Part shown: one piece after another, positions 9,071 through 16,876 of the stretch | Layout of the letters: each line of letters opens with the position of its first letter | Numbering within the stretch: position 1 is the stretch's first letter | IMG/VR virus record: IMGVR_UViG_3300005589_000052 | Span: 1 to 42,520 of that record | Reading direction: 5' to 3' (one strand) | DNA length: 42,520 nt | Source: a virus | Lineage: Duplodnaviria; Caudoviricetes | Program-made: the position numbers and the translations under genes | Notes under the pieces: model-generated | What the model was told of the DNA's origin: nothing | Databases searched by the model: none | What the model saw: the letters and a program-made list of their open reading frames with translations, nothing else

Positions 9071-9756
9071 GCCCCACACCACACGGAGAGGCGGCGCGAG
9101 CGCTTAGCGGATCAGGCCCAATGCCAGCGGACGTTTTCAGTCGGCATCTGCACACCCTGCTTGCCGAGCATGGGCAGATGGTGGAGCTGCTGTATGACTG
9201 CGCGTGCTGCATGTCGCCCATCTTCCTGCGCACGAAGGTGAAGGCACTCCTCGCCAAGCTCGACGGGGAAGGCGGAGAGGCGGACCCCGAGAAGGCGGAC
9301 CAGGCTGCCATCTGTCCCGAATGCGGCAATGGCGCTCGGATCGCCCCCTGCCCCACCTGCTGCCCGAAGGCGGAGATGGCGCCCATCACCTTTCAAGGGA
9401 TCTTGCCGCCATACTACGTTGCCACACGGACAATCGTGGCTGGCGAGGTTGCGAAGGTGGGGGTGGAGCTTGCGGAGTCCGGACGCGTCCCGGTGCCCGA
9501 CCCCGAGCCGGAACAAAAGATGTGGATTCACGGCACGTTTGACCCGCCGCTTCGATTTGACCAGAACGACAAGCTGCCCGCTGCCCCCAAGGTGGAAGTG
9601 GGCGACCGCAAAGCCCGGCGTGATCGGTTCATGTGTGCGCTGCTCGCTTCGGGGGACTACCGGGATGCCGATGAGGATGAACTGGCCTCGTGGGCCGAGA
9701 AGGCAATCGACGCATCCGACGCGCTTGACGCTGGGGGTGTGCGCCATGACAGCTAG
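9067..9756 (+). CDS. mosaic hypothetical protein with a Cys-rich module
   Basis: ATGA coupling; CPECG...CPTCC module. Confidence 0.65.
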   Translation: MSPTPHGEAARALSGSGPMPADVFSRHLHTLLAEHGQMVELLYDCACCMSPIFLRTKVKALLAKLDGEGGEADPEKADQAAICPECGNGARIAPCPTCCPKAEMAPITFQGILPPYYVATRTIVAGEVAKVGVELAESGRVPVPDPEPEQKMWIHGTFDPPLRFDQNDKLPAAPKVEVGDRKARRDRFMCALLASGDYRDADEDELASWAEKAIDASDALDAGGVRHDS

Positions 9757-10024
9757 AGAGCCCGTGGAGGGGTGGCGGTGGGACGCCGATCGGACCCAAT
9801 GGACCCTTCGCGTGAAAGGCGGTGCGGTCGCATCGGCAAGCGTCGCGGTTGAGCTCCGCAGCGGGCTCTGGGTCGTCGAGCTGCGCGCGCCTTCCATGTA
9901 CGTCGCTCAAACCCATGATGAGTTTGACAGCCTCAAAGCCGCCAAACTCGCCGCCGAAGACTACGCCCGCACCCAACTACAAGCCGCGCTTGACGCGCTG
10001 GAGAACCCCGATGCAACGTCCTGA
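9746..10024 (+). CDS. hypothetical protein, paralog of 18656-18886
   Basis: Start re-called; shares (F/Y)D(S/T)LxxAxLAAEDxAR with 18656-18886. Confidence 0.7.
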   Translation: MTAREPVEGWRWDADRTQWTLRVKGGAVASASVAVELRSGLWVVELRAPSMYVAQTHDEFDSLKAAKLAAEDYARTQLQAALDALENPDATS

Positions 10025-10217
10025 ATACCGAGAGTGTGCCACGGCTCGATGGATGTCGAGCGCCATCGTCGCGCTGAACGAAGTCCAATCGCGAATCGAC
10101 CGGCCTGCCTACGTCCCGGACATTCACCTGCAATGGCTCCTGCCCGACATCCAGACGGTAGAAGCCAAGATCGCGGACATCCGCAAGCGCATGGAGGCCC
10201 GCTATGAAAAGCCATAA
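10011..10217 (+). CDS. hypothetical protein
   Basis: ATG 10011 after GGAGA; overlaps both neighbours. Confidence 0.6.
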   Translation: MQRPEYRECATARWMSSAIVALNEVQSRIDRPAYVPDIHLQWLLPDIQTVEAKIADIRKRMEARYEKP

Positions 10218-10920
10218 CCCCCTACAGTCCCGCTTTGACGCGCTGCTTGAGGCGAGCCGCTGGGTCTTGCACGCGATTAGCGGTGTGAGCCGTGGCGGTG
10301 GTCCAACCCAATCGGGTGAGACGGAAGCCGCACTTGACTCGCTCAAGGCCGCTATCGCAGCCGCAGAGGGCGGGCGAGAGGAGCCCGAATCCCAGCCCGA
10401 CTACTCCAAGGGAGTGCCGCGAAGTGTGGTGCTGGAACGGCAGAAGAAGGCCGAGCCCGGACAGGACTGGGCGGAACTCCGCCCGCTTTCCGGAGGTGGG
10501 TTCGTGCTGGTGGACTCCAACAAAGCCAAAGAGCCCATCGTCTGGTTCGTCTCATGTACACACTGCGACGAGATGTACTACACGAGCCTCATGGGGGAGC
10601 GCTGCAAGCAGGACGACTGCCCCGGCGTGTTCGTCCCGATCATCGACGACCCGGAGCCCAAGTTCTACACGCTCTCGAACGGATCCAAGATCGAAATCGG
10701 AGACGTGGACGAGGCTGATCGCATCATGTCAACGCAGTACGACGCTTGCTGGTTTGCGGACGACCCCTCGATGCGCGTGCGCTCATTCCTGCACTGGTTT
10801 GCAAAACGGCATAAAGGCGCGGATGTGATTGCGTCGATCCATGACCCTGTGAACGAGGACCTGGCAGAACTGCGCGTGTCCGACATTCTCGCCCTGCTTG
10901 AACCGGACACCGAGGCTTGA
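10204..10920 (+). CDS. mosaic protein with a Zn-finger module and a terminase-like fragment
   Basis: CTHC..CKQDDC module; NGSKIEIG...RIMSTQYD segment. Confidence 0.7.
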   Translation: MKSHNPLQSRFDALLEASRWVLHAISGVSRGGGPTQSGETEAALDSLKAAIAAAEGGREEPESQPDYSKGVPRSVVLERQKKAEPGQDWAELRPLSGGGFVLVDSNKAKEPIVWFVSCTHCDEMYYTSLMGERCKQDDCPGVFVPIIDDPEPKFYTLSNGSKIEIGDVDEADRIMSTQYDACWFADDPSMRVRSFLHWFAKRHKGADVIASIHDPVNEDLAELRVSDILALLEPDTEA

Positions 10921-10966
10921 ACGGCCTTGGATTGCTACCCAGAACCCCCTAACCAAACTCTTTGCC

Positions 10967-11278
10967 ATGAACAAGTACCAACAACTTTACGAAGCGCTCG
11001 ACGAGCTGGACCTTTTCCTTCACGGGTTCCCGGCGGTCGGCACGAACTCCGAAGGTCTCCGCGCCTGGGAGTCAAAGTTCCGCTCTTTCCGGGACCTCGA
11101 ATCCGAGCCAGCCCTCTCATCACTCGTACGTCACGCTGGGATTGCCATTCGCCGTATCCGGACGGCCACGACTCAAGGCGAGCGCAACCTTGCCATCTGG
11201 GGCGTTCAGTCCATCATCGACATCGGCATGGCGCACCTGCGCTCGGCTCCGCACAACTGCGGGGAGGTGGAGGCATGA
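10967..11278 (+). CDS. hypothetical protein
   Basis: ATG 10967; ATGA coupling to the next gene. Confidence 0.6.
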   Translation: MNKYQQLYEALDELDLFLHGFPAVGTNSEGLRAWESKFRSFRDLESEPALSSLVRHAGIAIRRIRTATTQGERNLAIWGVQSIIDIGMAHLRSAPHNCGEVEA

Positions 11279-11562
11279 GCCTCAACGAATACCGCCTGTG
11301 CGAGATGCGCGGCGACGACCCCGGCCTGCTCGAACCGAAGTGCGACTTCTGCTGCGATGCCGACGAAGTCTGCACGATCTGCACCTTCGCGCGGAGCCAA
11401 TGCCGATGCCAGTTCACCGACCACCGCGTTCAGAAGTGGTTCGCAGCGCTCGACGACCTCGACGATCCGAAGTTCTACAGCGCGAAGCAGTGGAGTGAGT
11501 ACCTGCTCGACGAGTTCGAGGACCGCTATGGCAGGTGCGGGTACTGCGGAGGTGCCGAATGA
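11275..11562 (+). CDS. Cys-rich putative zinc-binding protein
   Basis: CDFC, CTIC, CRC and CGYC motifs; GGAGG SD. Confidence 0.65.
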   Translation: MSLNEYRLCEMRGDDPGLLEPKCDFCCDADEVCTICTFARSQCRCQFTDHRVQKWFAALDDLDDPKFYSAKQWSEYLLDEFEDRYGRCGYCGGAE

Positions 11563-11711
11563 AGTTCGCCCTCGCCATCATCGGCGCGCTTGTGGCCCTC
11601 GTGTTCACCGTCGTCGTCGGTACACTGTTCGGAGTCGGGCGAATCCCTGGGGTCGTCGAGCCCGGCTATCTTCACCCCGACGACCTCAAGGACCAGGACA
11701 GCAAACCATGA
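11559..11711 (+). CDS. small membrane protein (50 aa, not in the ORF track)
   Basis: MKFALAIIGALVALVFTVVVGTLFG...; ATGA overlaps at both ends. Confidence 0.65.
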   Translation: MKFALAIIGALVALVFTVVVGTLFGVGRIPGVVEPGYLHPDDLKDQDSKP

Positions 11712-11866
11712 ACAGCTACAAGCTCCTTGTTACCACCTACGTCAGCGGCGTTGAAACCGTTGTCGCGATCCGCCTCGACGCGAACCAAAGCGCGGCCTAT
11801 GAGGCGGCGATCCAAGCTGCGGACAACGATCCCGCTCCCGAGGTGAGCGTGGCCATCAACAGCTAG
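11708..11866 (+). CDS. hypothetical protein (52 aa)
   Basis: ATGA coupling; AGGA SD. Confidence 0.6.
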   Translation: MNSYKLLVTTYVSGVETVVAIRLDANQSAAYEAAIQAADNDPAPEVSVAINS

Positions 11867-11873
11867 AGAACCC

Positions 11874-11957
11874 GCGCGGAATGGGTTGGGGGGCCCCGAG
11901 TGGCCATTCCGCGTGCATGGAGACTCAAAGACCACTCGGGGCTTTCCCCAACCTTTT
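11874..11957 (+). promoter_or_regulatory. structured leader / putative attenuator upstream of recE
   Basis: Two long competing stems, the longer followed by TTTT. Confidence 0.55.
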
Positions 11958-11971
11958 ACCAGGAGTCAAAT

Positions 11972-12820
11972 ATGAACCCAACATTCACGGGCATCGTGGA
12001 AGATATGCCCATCGAGGAGTACCACGCGCACCCGCACTTGTCGGCGAGCGGCATCAAAGACCTGCTCACCACGCCAGCGCATTACAAGAAGTACGTGCGC
12101 GACGAGAAGCGCAAGCCAACGGCTGACATGCAGTTCAGTAGCGCGGTGGACATCTTCCTCACCGAGCCGCACAACGCAGACCGCCTTGTCCCACTCGCAC
12201 CTGACTGCGCGAAGCGAAGCAAGGTCGAAAAGGCACTGTGGGCCGAACACAAGCGCAAACTTGTCCCGGGTGCCGTGTCTCTAACACGCGAGGAACGCGC
12301 GGAGGCCCAGCGCTTGGCTGATATCGTTCGCAACGACCCCCTCGTCCAAAACCTTGGCATCCTCAACGGGGCGGCGCAAACGTCCTACTTTGCGAGCATC
12401 GACACGCCAGAAGGCCCGTGCTACGTCCGCTGCCGTCCCGACTTCTACGACGGCGGCAACATCATCTGGGACTTGAAGGCGCTGCGCGATGCTTCCGACC
12501 ACATGGTCAACAAGGCAATCACCGACTACGGCTATCACCGTGCCGCAGCGTGCTACCCGGCTGTGGTGCAGGCGTGTGGCCTTCCCGCTGACCTGTACGT
12601 CCTGGTGATCGTCGAGAAGGAAGGGATCAATGCCGTCCGCGTCATGCCCATCGAGGACCGAGACGTGGAGCAGGGGCGGCGCGAGTTCATGCAAGCCGCA
12701 ACGCTTTGGGCCAAATGCACGCGCACGGGCGAGTGGCCCGGCTATCACAAGGGGTTCAGCTTTGGCGGGCTCCTCAACTACAAACGAGACGACGAAAACC
12801 GCAACTTTATCAAGGAGTAA
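11972..12820 (+). CDS. recE: RecE/exonuclease VIII-like PD-(D/E)XK nuclease (DUF3799-like)
   Basis: EEYHA..LSASGIK, RCRPD, IWDLK, YGYHRAAACY, C..TGEWPGY. Confidence 0.85.
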   Translation: MNPTFTGIVEDMPIEEYHAHPHLSASGIKDLLTTPAHYKKYVRDEKRKPTADMQFSSAVDIFLTEPHNADRLVPLAPDCAKRSKVEKALWAEHKRKLVPGAVSLTREERAEAQRLADIVRNDPLVQNLGILNGAAQTSYFASIDTPEGPCYVRCRPDFYDGGNIIWDLKALRDASDHMVNKAITDYGYHRAAACYPAVVQACGLPADLYVLVIVEKEGINAVRVMPIEDRDVEQGRREFMQAATLWAKCTRTGEWPGYHKGFSFGGLLNYKRDDENRNFIKE

Positions 12821-12828
12821 TCGACACC

Positions 12829-13590
12829 ATGAATAACGAATCCATCGAGGTCTACGAGGCCCGCAAACAAGACCGCTTTACGCTTGCCCGAAAACTCGCC
12901 GAGTCCGAACTCTGCCCTAAGCAGTTTCGAGGAAAGCCCGCAGACATCATGATCGTCATGCGCCAAGCGGAAACGCTCGGGTGCGATCCGCAATCGGCAC
13001 TCGCCAACATGTTTGTGGTCCACGGAACGGCGGGATACTCGTCCAAGTTCTTGATCGCGCTCGCCAACCGTCACGGCGTTTTCGACGGGCCGATCCGCTA
13101 CAAGACCGAGGGTCGCGGCAAGGATGCCGTGGTTACGGCGTGGGCGAAGCTCAAGGACGGGACCGTCGTCGAGGGCATCAGCGTTGACTGGAACATGGCG
13201 AAGGCTTCCGGGTGGACCAAGAACCCGAAGTACAACGAGATGCCCGAACTGATGTACCGCTACCGCTCCGCCGCGTTCCTGATCCGCACGACATGCCCCG
13301 AGACGGCGATGGGGATGCTGTCCCTCGAAGAGATCGAGGACATGCACTATGCCGATGCCCGCGAAGTCCGCCCCGAGCCATCCACCATTGCCCGCCTAGA
13401 GGCCGCGATGAACAAGGACAAGAAGCCCGAAGTCAAGCCCGACATGGACGAGGCCGAGGTTGCCGAGCCCGAAGCCCCAGACGTGGCCATCATGCGCGGA
13501 GAGGATCCAGAAGGGGACGGCTACGAGGGAGCGCCCTGGGAACGTGACGAGCTGTTTGACACCAAGGCGAAAGCGGAGGACCCGGCGTGA
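12829..13590 (+). CDS. recT: RecT-like single-strand annealing protein
   Basis: LAESELCPKQFRGKPAD, MAKASGW.KNPKY..MPELM.RYR.AAF..R..CPE; adjacent to recE. Confidence 0.8.
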   Translation: MNNESIEVYEARKQDRFTLARKLAESELCPKQFRGKPADIMIVMRQAETLGCDPQSALANMFVVHGTAGYSSKFLIALANRHGVFDGPIRYKTEGRGKDAVVTAWAKLKDGTVVEGISVDWNMAKASGWTKNPKYNEMPELMYRYRSAAFLIRTTCPETAMGMLSLEEIEDMHYADAREVRPEPSTIARLEAAMNKDKKPEVKPDMDEAEVAEPEAPDVAIMRGEDPEGDGYEGAPWERDELFDTKAKAEDPA

Positions 13591-13883
13591 GCCTCCCGAC
13601 ACGCGCCAAGCTCATCCACTGCGCACAGGACTACCCCGACAAGCACAACCCACGGGCGAGGTGCGGGGTCAGTGCGGTCACCTGCCCAACCATCCACCGA
13701 TACAAGTTCTCCGGTGGCTTGAGGAGCAAGGACCGATGCTCGCGCTGCAAGGACGCGCTGAGGGCAGAGCGAGAGAGAGGCGAGCCCCCAAAGGCGCGAA
13801 GCCCGCTCGAACGGCAACGGCGGTACTCGGCTGAGATGGCGGCAAAGATCGCCGAGCGGGCGCGCCGCAGCAGCGCAAGCTAG
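13587..13883 (+). CDS. hypothetical Cys/His, basic protein
   Basis: GTGA coupling; GGAGG SD. Confidence 0.55.
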   Translation: MSLPTRAKLIHCAQDYPDKHNPRARCGVSAVTCPTIHRYKFSGGLRSKDRCSRCKDALRAERERGEPPKARSPLERQRRYSAEMAAKIAERARRSSAS

Positions 13884-13889
13884 GCCATG

Positions 13890-13929
13890 AAAAAAGGCGC
13901 GTCCGCCAGTCTTCACCAGCGGACGCGCC
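13890..13929 (-). terminator. intrinsic terminator on the minus strand
   Basis: 11-bp GC stem (13896-13906 with 13919-13929), extended by G-U pairs on the minus strand only, followed by U6. Confidence 0.8.
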
Positions 13930-13966
13930 CCAACAACTAGCCGCCCCAGGAGTCATGAAGGGCAAC
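13890..13966 (-). ncRNA. putative ~77-nt antisense RNA (OOP-like)
   Basis: Bounded by a sigma70-like promoter and the minus-strand terminator. Confidence 0.6.
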
Positions 13967-13972
13967 GACGGC

Positions 13973-14001
13973 ATTCTAGGGCCAGCGCCTTGCGCCTGCA
14001 A
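13973..14001 (-). promoter_or_regulatory. sigma70-like promoter TTGCAG-N17-TAGAAT
   Basis: -35 at 13996-14001, -10 at 13973-13978, 17-bp spacer. Confidence 0.65.
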
Positions 14002-14094
14002 CACGTTTGCCCCACAATGGCGGAGCCCCGAAGGTGCTGTGTTCCTTCGAGGCCCCACTTCCAAAACCACCTTACAGACCAAGGAGGCATCGGC

Positions 14095-14406
14095 ATGGCC
14101 GAGTCTAACACGTCGCGCAGCTCCCTGCGCTTTGAAATCGTCCCTGACCTTTCCGCTCTGATCGAGGTCTTTCCCGCGAACCGCCTGGGGCTGCGCCGAA
14201 ACATCTCTGACCGACGGCTCACTTTCGCAACGGTCTCCGGCTGCCGCGTCGCCATTGCCTATGGGTTCAGGGAAGGCGAACTGCTCATCGTTGACTTGGA
14301 GGACGAAGACGCGCGCCTGTCAGACCCATACGAGCCGGGCGATGCGGACCCGCAGACCGCGCTTGTGCCTGTTCGCGCAATCGTTGCTCGCGGGGTGGCG
14401 CTATGA
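14095..14406 (+). CDS. hypothetical protein coupled to the replication initiator
   Basis: AAGGAGG SD; ATGA overlap. Confidence 0.7.
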   Translation: MAESNTSRSSLRFEIVPDLSALIEVFPANRLGLRRNISDRRLTFATVSGCRVAIAYGFREGELLIVDLEDEDARLSDPYEPGDADPQTALVPVRAIVARGVAL

Positions 14407-15452
14407 CTGCCAAATTCACGCCCAAGCCGTTCGACATCATCAAACTCCCATACATGCCTCTCTATGCGAGGGAGTTCGTCAACCCTCGCGTGCGCCGCAT
14501 GTCCGTCGCACAAGTGGGCATCTTCACTTTGATGCTTTGCCAGTCTTGGATCGACGAGGGCCTTGACCCCGACGAGGAGAACCTTGCCATGATCGCCGGG
14601 CTCGACTTGGACGAGTTCCGCGAGCACTGGACGGCACCGCTATCTACCGCTTGGACACTTAGCGAAGACGGCAAACTGCGAAACCCAAAGCAGGAGTTCG
14701 TCCGCATGGAGTCCGTCGATGGACGCAACAAACACGTTTACGCGGCCTGGAAGCGGCATCACGGCCATGCGGCGCAAGAGGACGCTGATGCGGCGCATGT
14801 GCAACGCACGACCGACGCACCTGCATCGCACTGTAATTCAATTCAAATCAAGTCAAGTCAGACACTACCTAGCGGTAGTGCAGGCGCTCCGCAAGCGGAG
14901 CAGACGCGCCGCCCCAAACGAGCCAACCGGGAGGCCAACATGCTGGAGGCGTGCAAGCAGCTCGACGCTCCCACATGGCTACCCGAAGCCCTCGGGGTCT
15001 ACATGCGGGCTCGAAAGTCCGCCAAGTTCAAGGTCTGGAGCACGGAACTTTGGCTGGACGAGGCCCAACAGGTCTTGAAGCTCGGCGAGGACGCTGGCCG
15101 CAAGCTCTGCCTGCGGGCCTCTAAGAAGCCCTGGTCACGAATCGTGTTCGAGGACTCTTTCGACGCGAACGCGCAGCAGGCGAGCAGCCAGGGGCCTTCA
15201 CGGGGAGGCTACTACCGAGGGCCAGCCCTCAAGGACGTGGAAGCCCGCACGGCGCGCCGGAACATCGCGGATCGCTACCGGGCCTTGACGGGGAACATCC
15301 TCCTGGAAGACGAGGAGGCGTTCGAGATGGCGCGGGCCGACAACGACTGGCACATGCACGATTACGACTGGAAGACGGGCAGGCGCAGCGATGCGCCGCC
15401 GGATCGGCCGCGAAACGGTGCCACCATCGACTTTCCCCAGACCCCTTTCTGA
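14403..15452 (+). CDS. replication initiator (DUF1376/YdaU-like N-terminus)
   Basis: LPYMPLYAREF...MS.AQ.GIF..MLC.SW...L..LA...LRNPK; internal iteron-like repeats. Confidence 0.75.
   Translation: MTAKFTPKPFDIIKLPYMPLYAREFVNPRVRRMSVAQVGIFTLMLCQSWIDEGLDPDEENLAMIAGLDLDEFREHWTAPLSTAWTLSEDGKLRNPKQEFVRMESVDGRNKHVYAAWKRHHGHAAQEDADAAHVQRTTDAPASHCNSIQIKSSQTLPSGSAGAPQAEQTRRPKRANREANMLEACKQLDAPTWLPEALGVYMRARKSAKFKVWSTELWLDEAQQVLKLGEDAGRKLCLRASKKPWSRIVFEDSFDANAQQASSQGPSRGGYYRGPALKDVEARTARRNIADRYRALTGNILLEDEEAFEMARADNDWHMHDYDWKTGRRSDAPPDRPRNGATIDFPQTPF
14767..14880. repeat. putative replication origin within the initiator gene
   Basis: About 11-bp periodic units ending CGCA, then 5-bp tandem units (AATTC/AAATC/AAGTC), then inverted repeat CACTACC-N4-GGTAGTG. 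Confidence 0.55.
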
Positions 15453-15455
15453 GCT

Positions 15456-16070
15456 ATGACGGATCACAAACCAGCACTCGCCGCCCTTGTCGCCCAGGTT
15501 CTTGACCGGCGATACCCAAAGCAGCCGTTCGAGGGCTCCGAGAAAGAGGATTGGCTGCGTTCCGCGATGGAGGGTGACCCGATTGTCTTGCTCGAAGCGG
15601 CGTGGGAGTGGCGCGAGCAGCACAAGGATGGCGGCTTCCGGCCCTATCCAGGCCAGCTTCGCCGCGAGATCTGCGACGGGTGGGTGCGCGACCGAACCCC
15701 GTACATGCCGCTTGAACGGGCGATCACGCGAGTCAAAGCGAACGACCCCATCGAAGGGCTCGACCTGCTGATCAACCGCATGGGCCGGGCTTACTTCGAC
15801 GAGGCGCTTGAGGGTCCGGTCACCGTGACCCATCGGCAGCTTTGGGAGCAGGCTTGCTACGAGCATCGCGTCTACGCCTTCGCCAAGAAGCGCATGACGT
15901 ATCGCGGCACCCCGCCGTGGAACCCAGGAGAATCCAAGGGGCTTGGCTTGCCCAATGGCGCATCGTTTAGCGCCGCACTTGGAACACCCGCAACCCGCGA
16001 GGAGTCGCCCATGTTTAGCCTTGGGTCCAACCTCGCACAATCAAAGCGCCTTGGAAGCGCACCGGAGTAG
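15456..16070 (+). CDS. possible helicase loader-like replication protein
   Basis: Follows the initiator; FRPYPGQLR resembles the F.P.P..IR loader motif. Confidence 0.45.
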   Translation: MTDHKPALAALVAQVLDRRYPKQPFEGSEKEDWLRSAMEGDPIVLLEAAWEWREQHKDGGFRPYPGQLRREICDGWVRDRTPYMPLERAITRVKANDPIEGLDLLINRMGRAYFDEALEGPVTVTHRQLWEQACYEHRVYAFAKKRMTYRGTPPWNPGESKGLGLPNGASFSAALGTPATREESPMFSLGSNLAQSKRLGSAPE

Positions 16071-16076
16071 AAACCC

Positions 16077-16394
16077 ATGTTTGGAAAGAAGAAGCGCAAG
16101 GAAGTCGAGCCCGCCATTCCGCCAAAGCCGGAGCCAACCGAGTGCCCGTGGTGTGGGTCGCATGACATGTACAACGGCGACGGGCCGTGCTTCCTGTGCC
16201 GCCGTGATTTGGAGCGGTGCTTTGAAGTTCAAGACCGCGTAGTCCCTACCCTTGTCGCGAGCGGCATGGGCGTTGACGATGCGTTCAGGAAGGCGCTAGA
16301 GATCGCACTCCACAGGCGGAGGTACGTCTTCGATGCCGTCAAGGCGGAGATCCAGCGGCAGCGAGATGAGCTTCGCCTGGAGTCCAAGCCGTGA
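16077..16394 (+). CDS. hypothetical Zn-ribbon protein
   Basis: CPWC...CFLC. Confidence 0.65.
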   Translation: MFGKKKRKEVEPAIPPKPEPTECPWCGSHDMYNGDGPCFLCRRDLERCFEVQDRVVPTLVASGMGVDDAFRKALEIALHRRRYVFDAVKAEIQRQRDELRLESKP

Positions 16395-16807
16395 CCGAGT
16401 ACCCGCGCACCGAAAAGCTGCTCAAGCGGATCATCCGTGACGGCTCCAAGGGCGTGACCCGAAGGCAGGCCACCGCCGCGCTGGTCGAACTCTGTGAGCC
16501 CCGCTACCACGCCAACCAGCCGCCTCCCGTGGACATGCACCCGGTTCTGATCGCCCTCGTCCAGCTCTGCGAGGAGGAGGGCGGAGACCTCCCGAAGTTC
16601 CGCGACATCTCCGACCGTTGCGGCATCCCCCTTGCCACCGTGCATCGGATGGTCGCGAGGCTGACGCTCATGGGATACCTGCGGAGGCGGCGACCCGGCG
16701 ACGGGCTCATGCAGAACTACTTCCCAGCCAAGCGCAGCGTCGAGTTTGTGCGAACGGGGACATGGCCGGGCGAAGAAGAAGATCCGAAAAACCCGAAAAC
16801 GGACTAG
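16391..16807 (+). CDS. winged-HTH DNA-binding protein
   Basis: PKFRDISDRCGIPLATVHRMVARLTLMGYL. Confidence 0.7.
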   Translation: MTEYPRTEKLLKRIIRDGSKGVTRRQATAALVELCEPRYHANQPPPVDMHPVLIALVQLCEEEGGDLPKFRDISDRCGIPLATVHRMVARLTLMGYLRRRRPGDGLMQNYFPAKRSVEFVRTGTWPGEEEDPKNPKTD

Positions 16808-16852
16808 ACTCCTGTTCGGGATAGCCCTAGACTTCACTCACCGCTTCGGCGG
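16805..16852 (+). promoter_or_regulatory. putative promoter TAGACT-N17-TAGACT with a 5' UUCG hairpin
   Basis: Hexamers at 16805 and 16828; CCGC-TTCG-GCGG at 16841-16852. Confidence 0.5.
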
Positions 16853-16876
16853 ACCAACAACTACCCAGGAGAAAAG

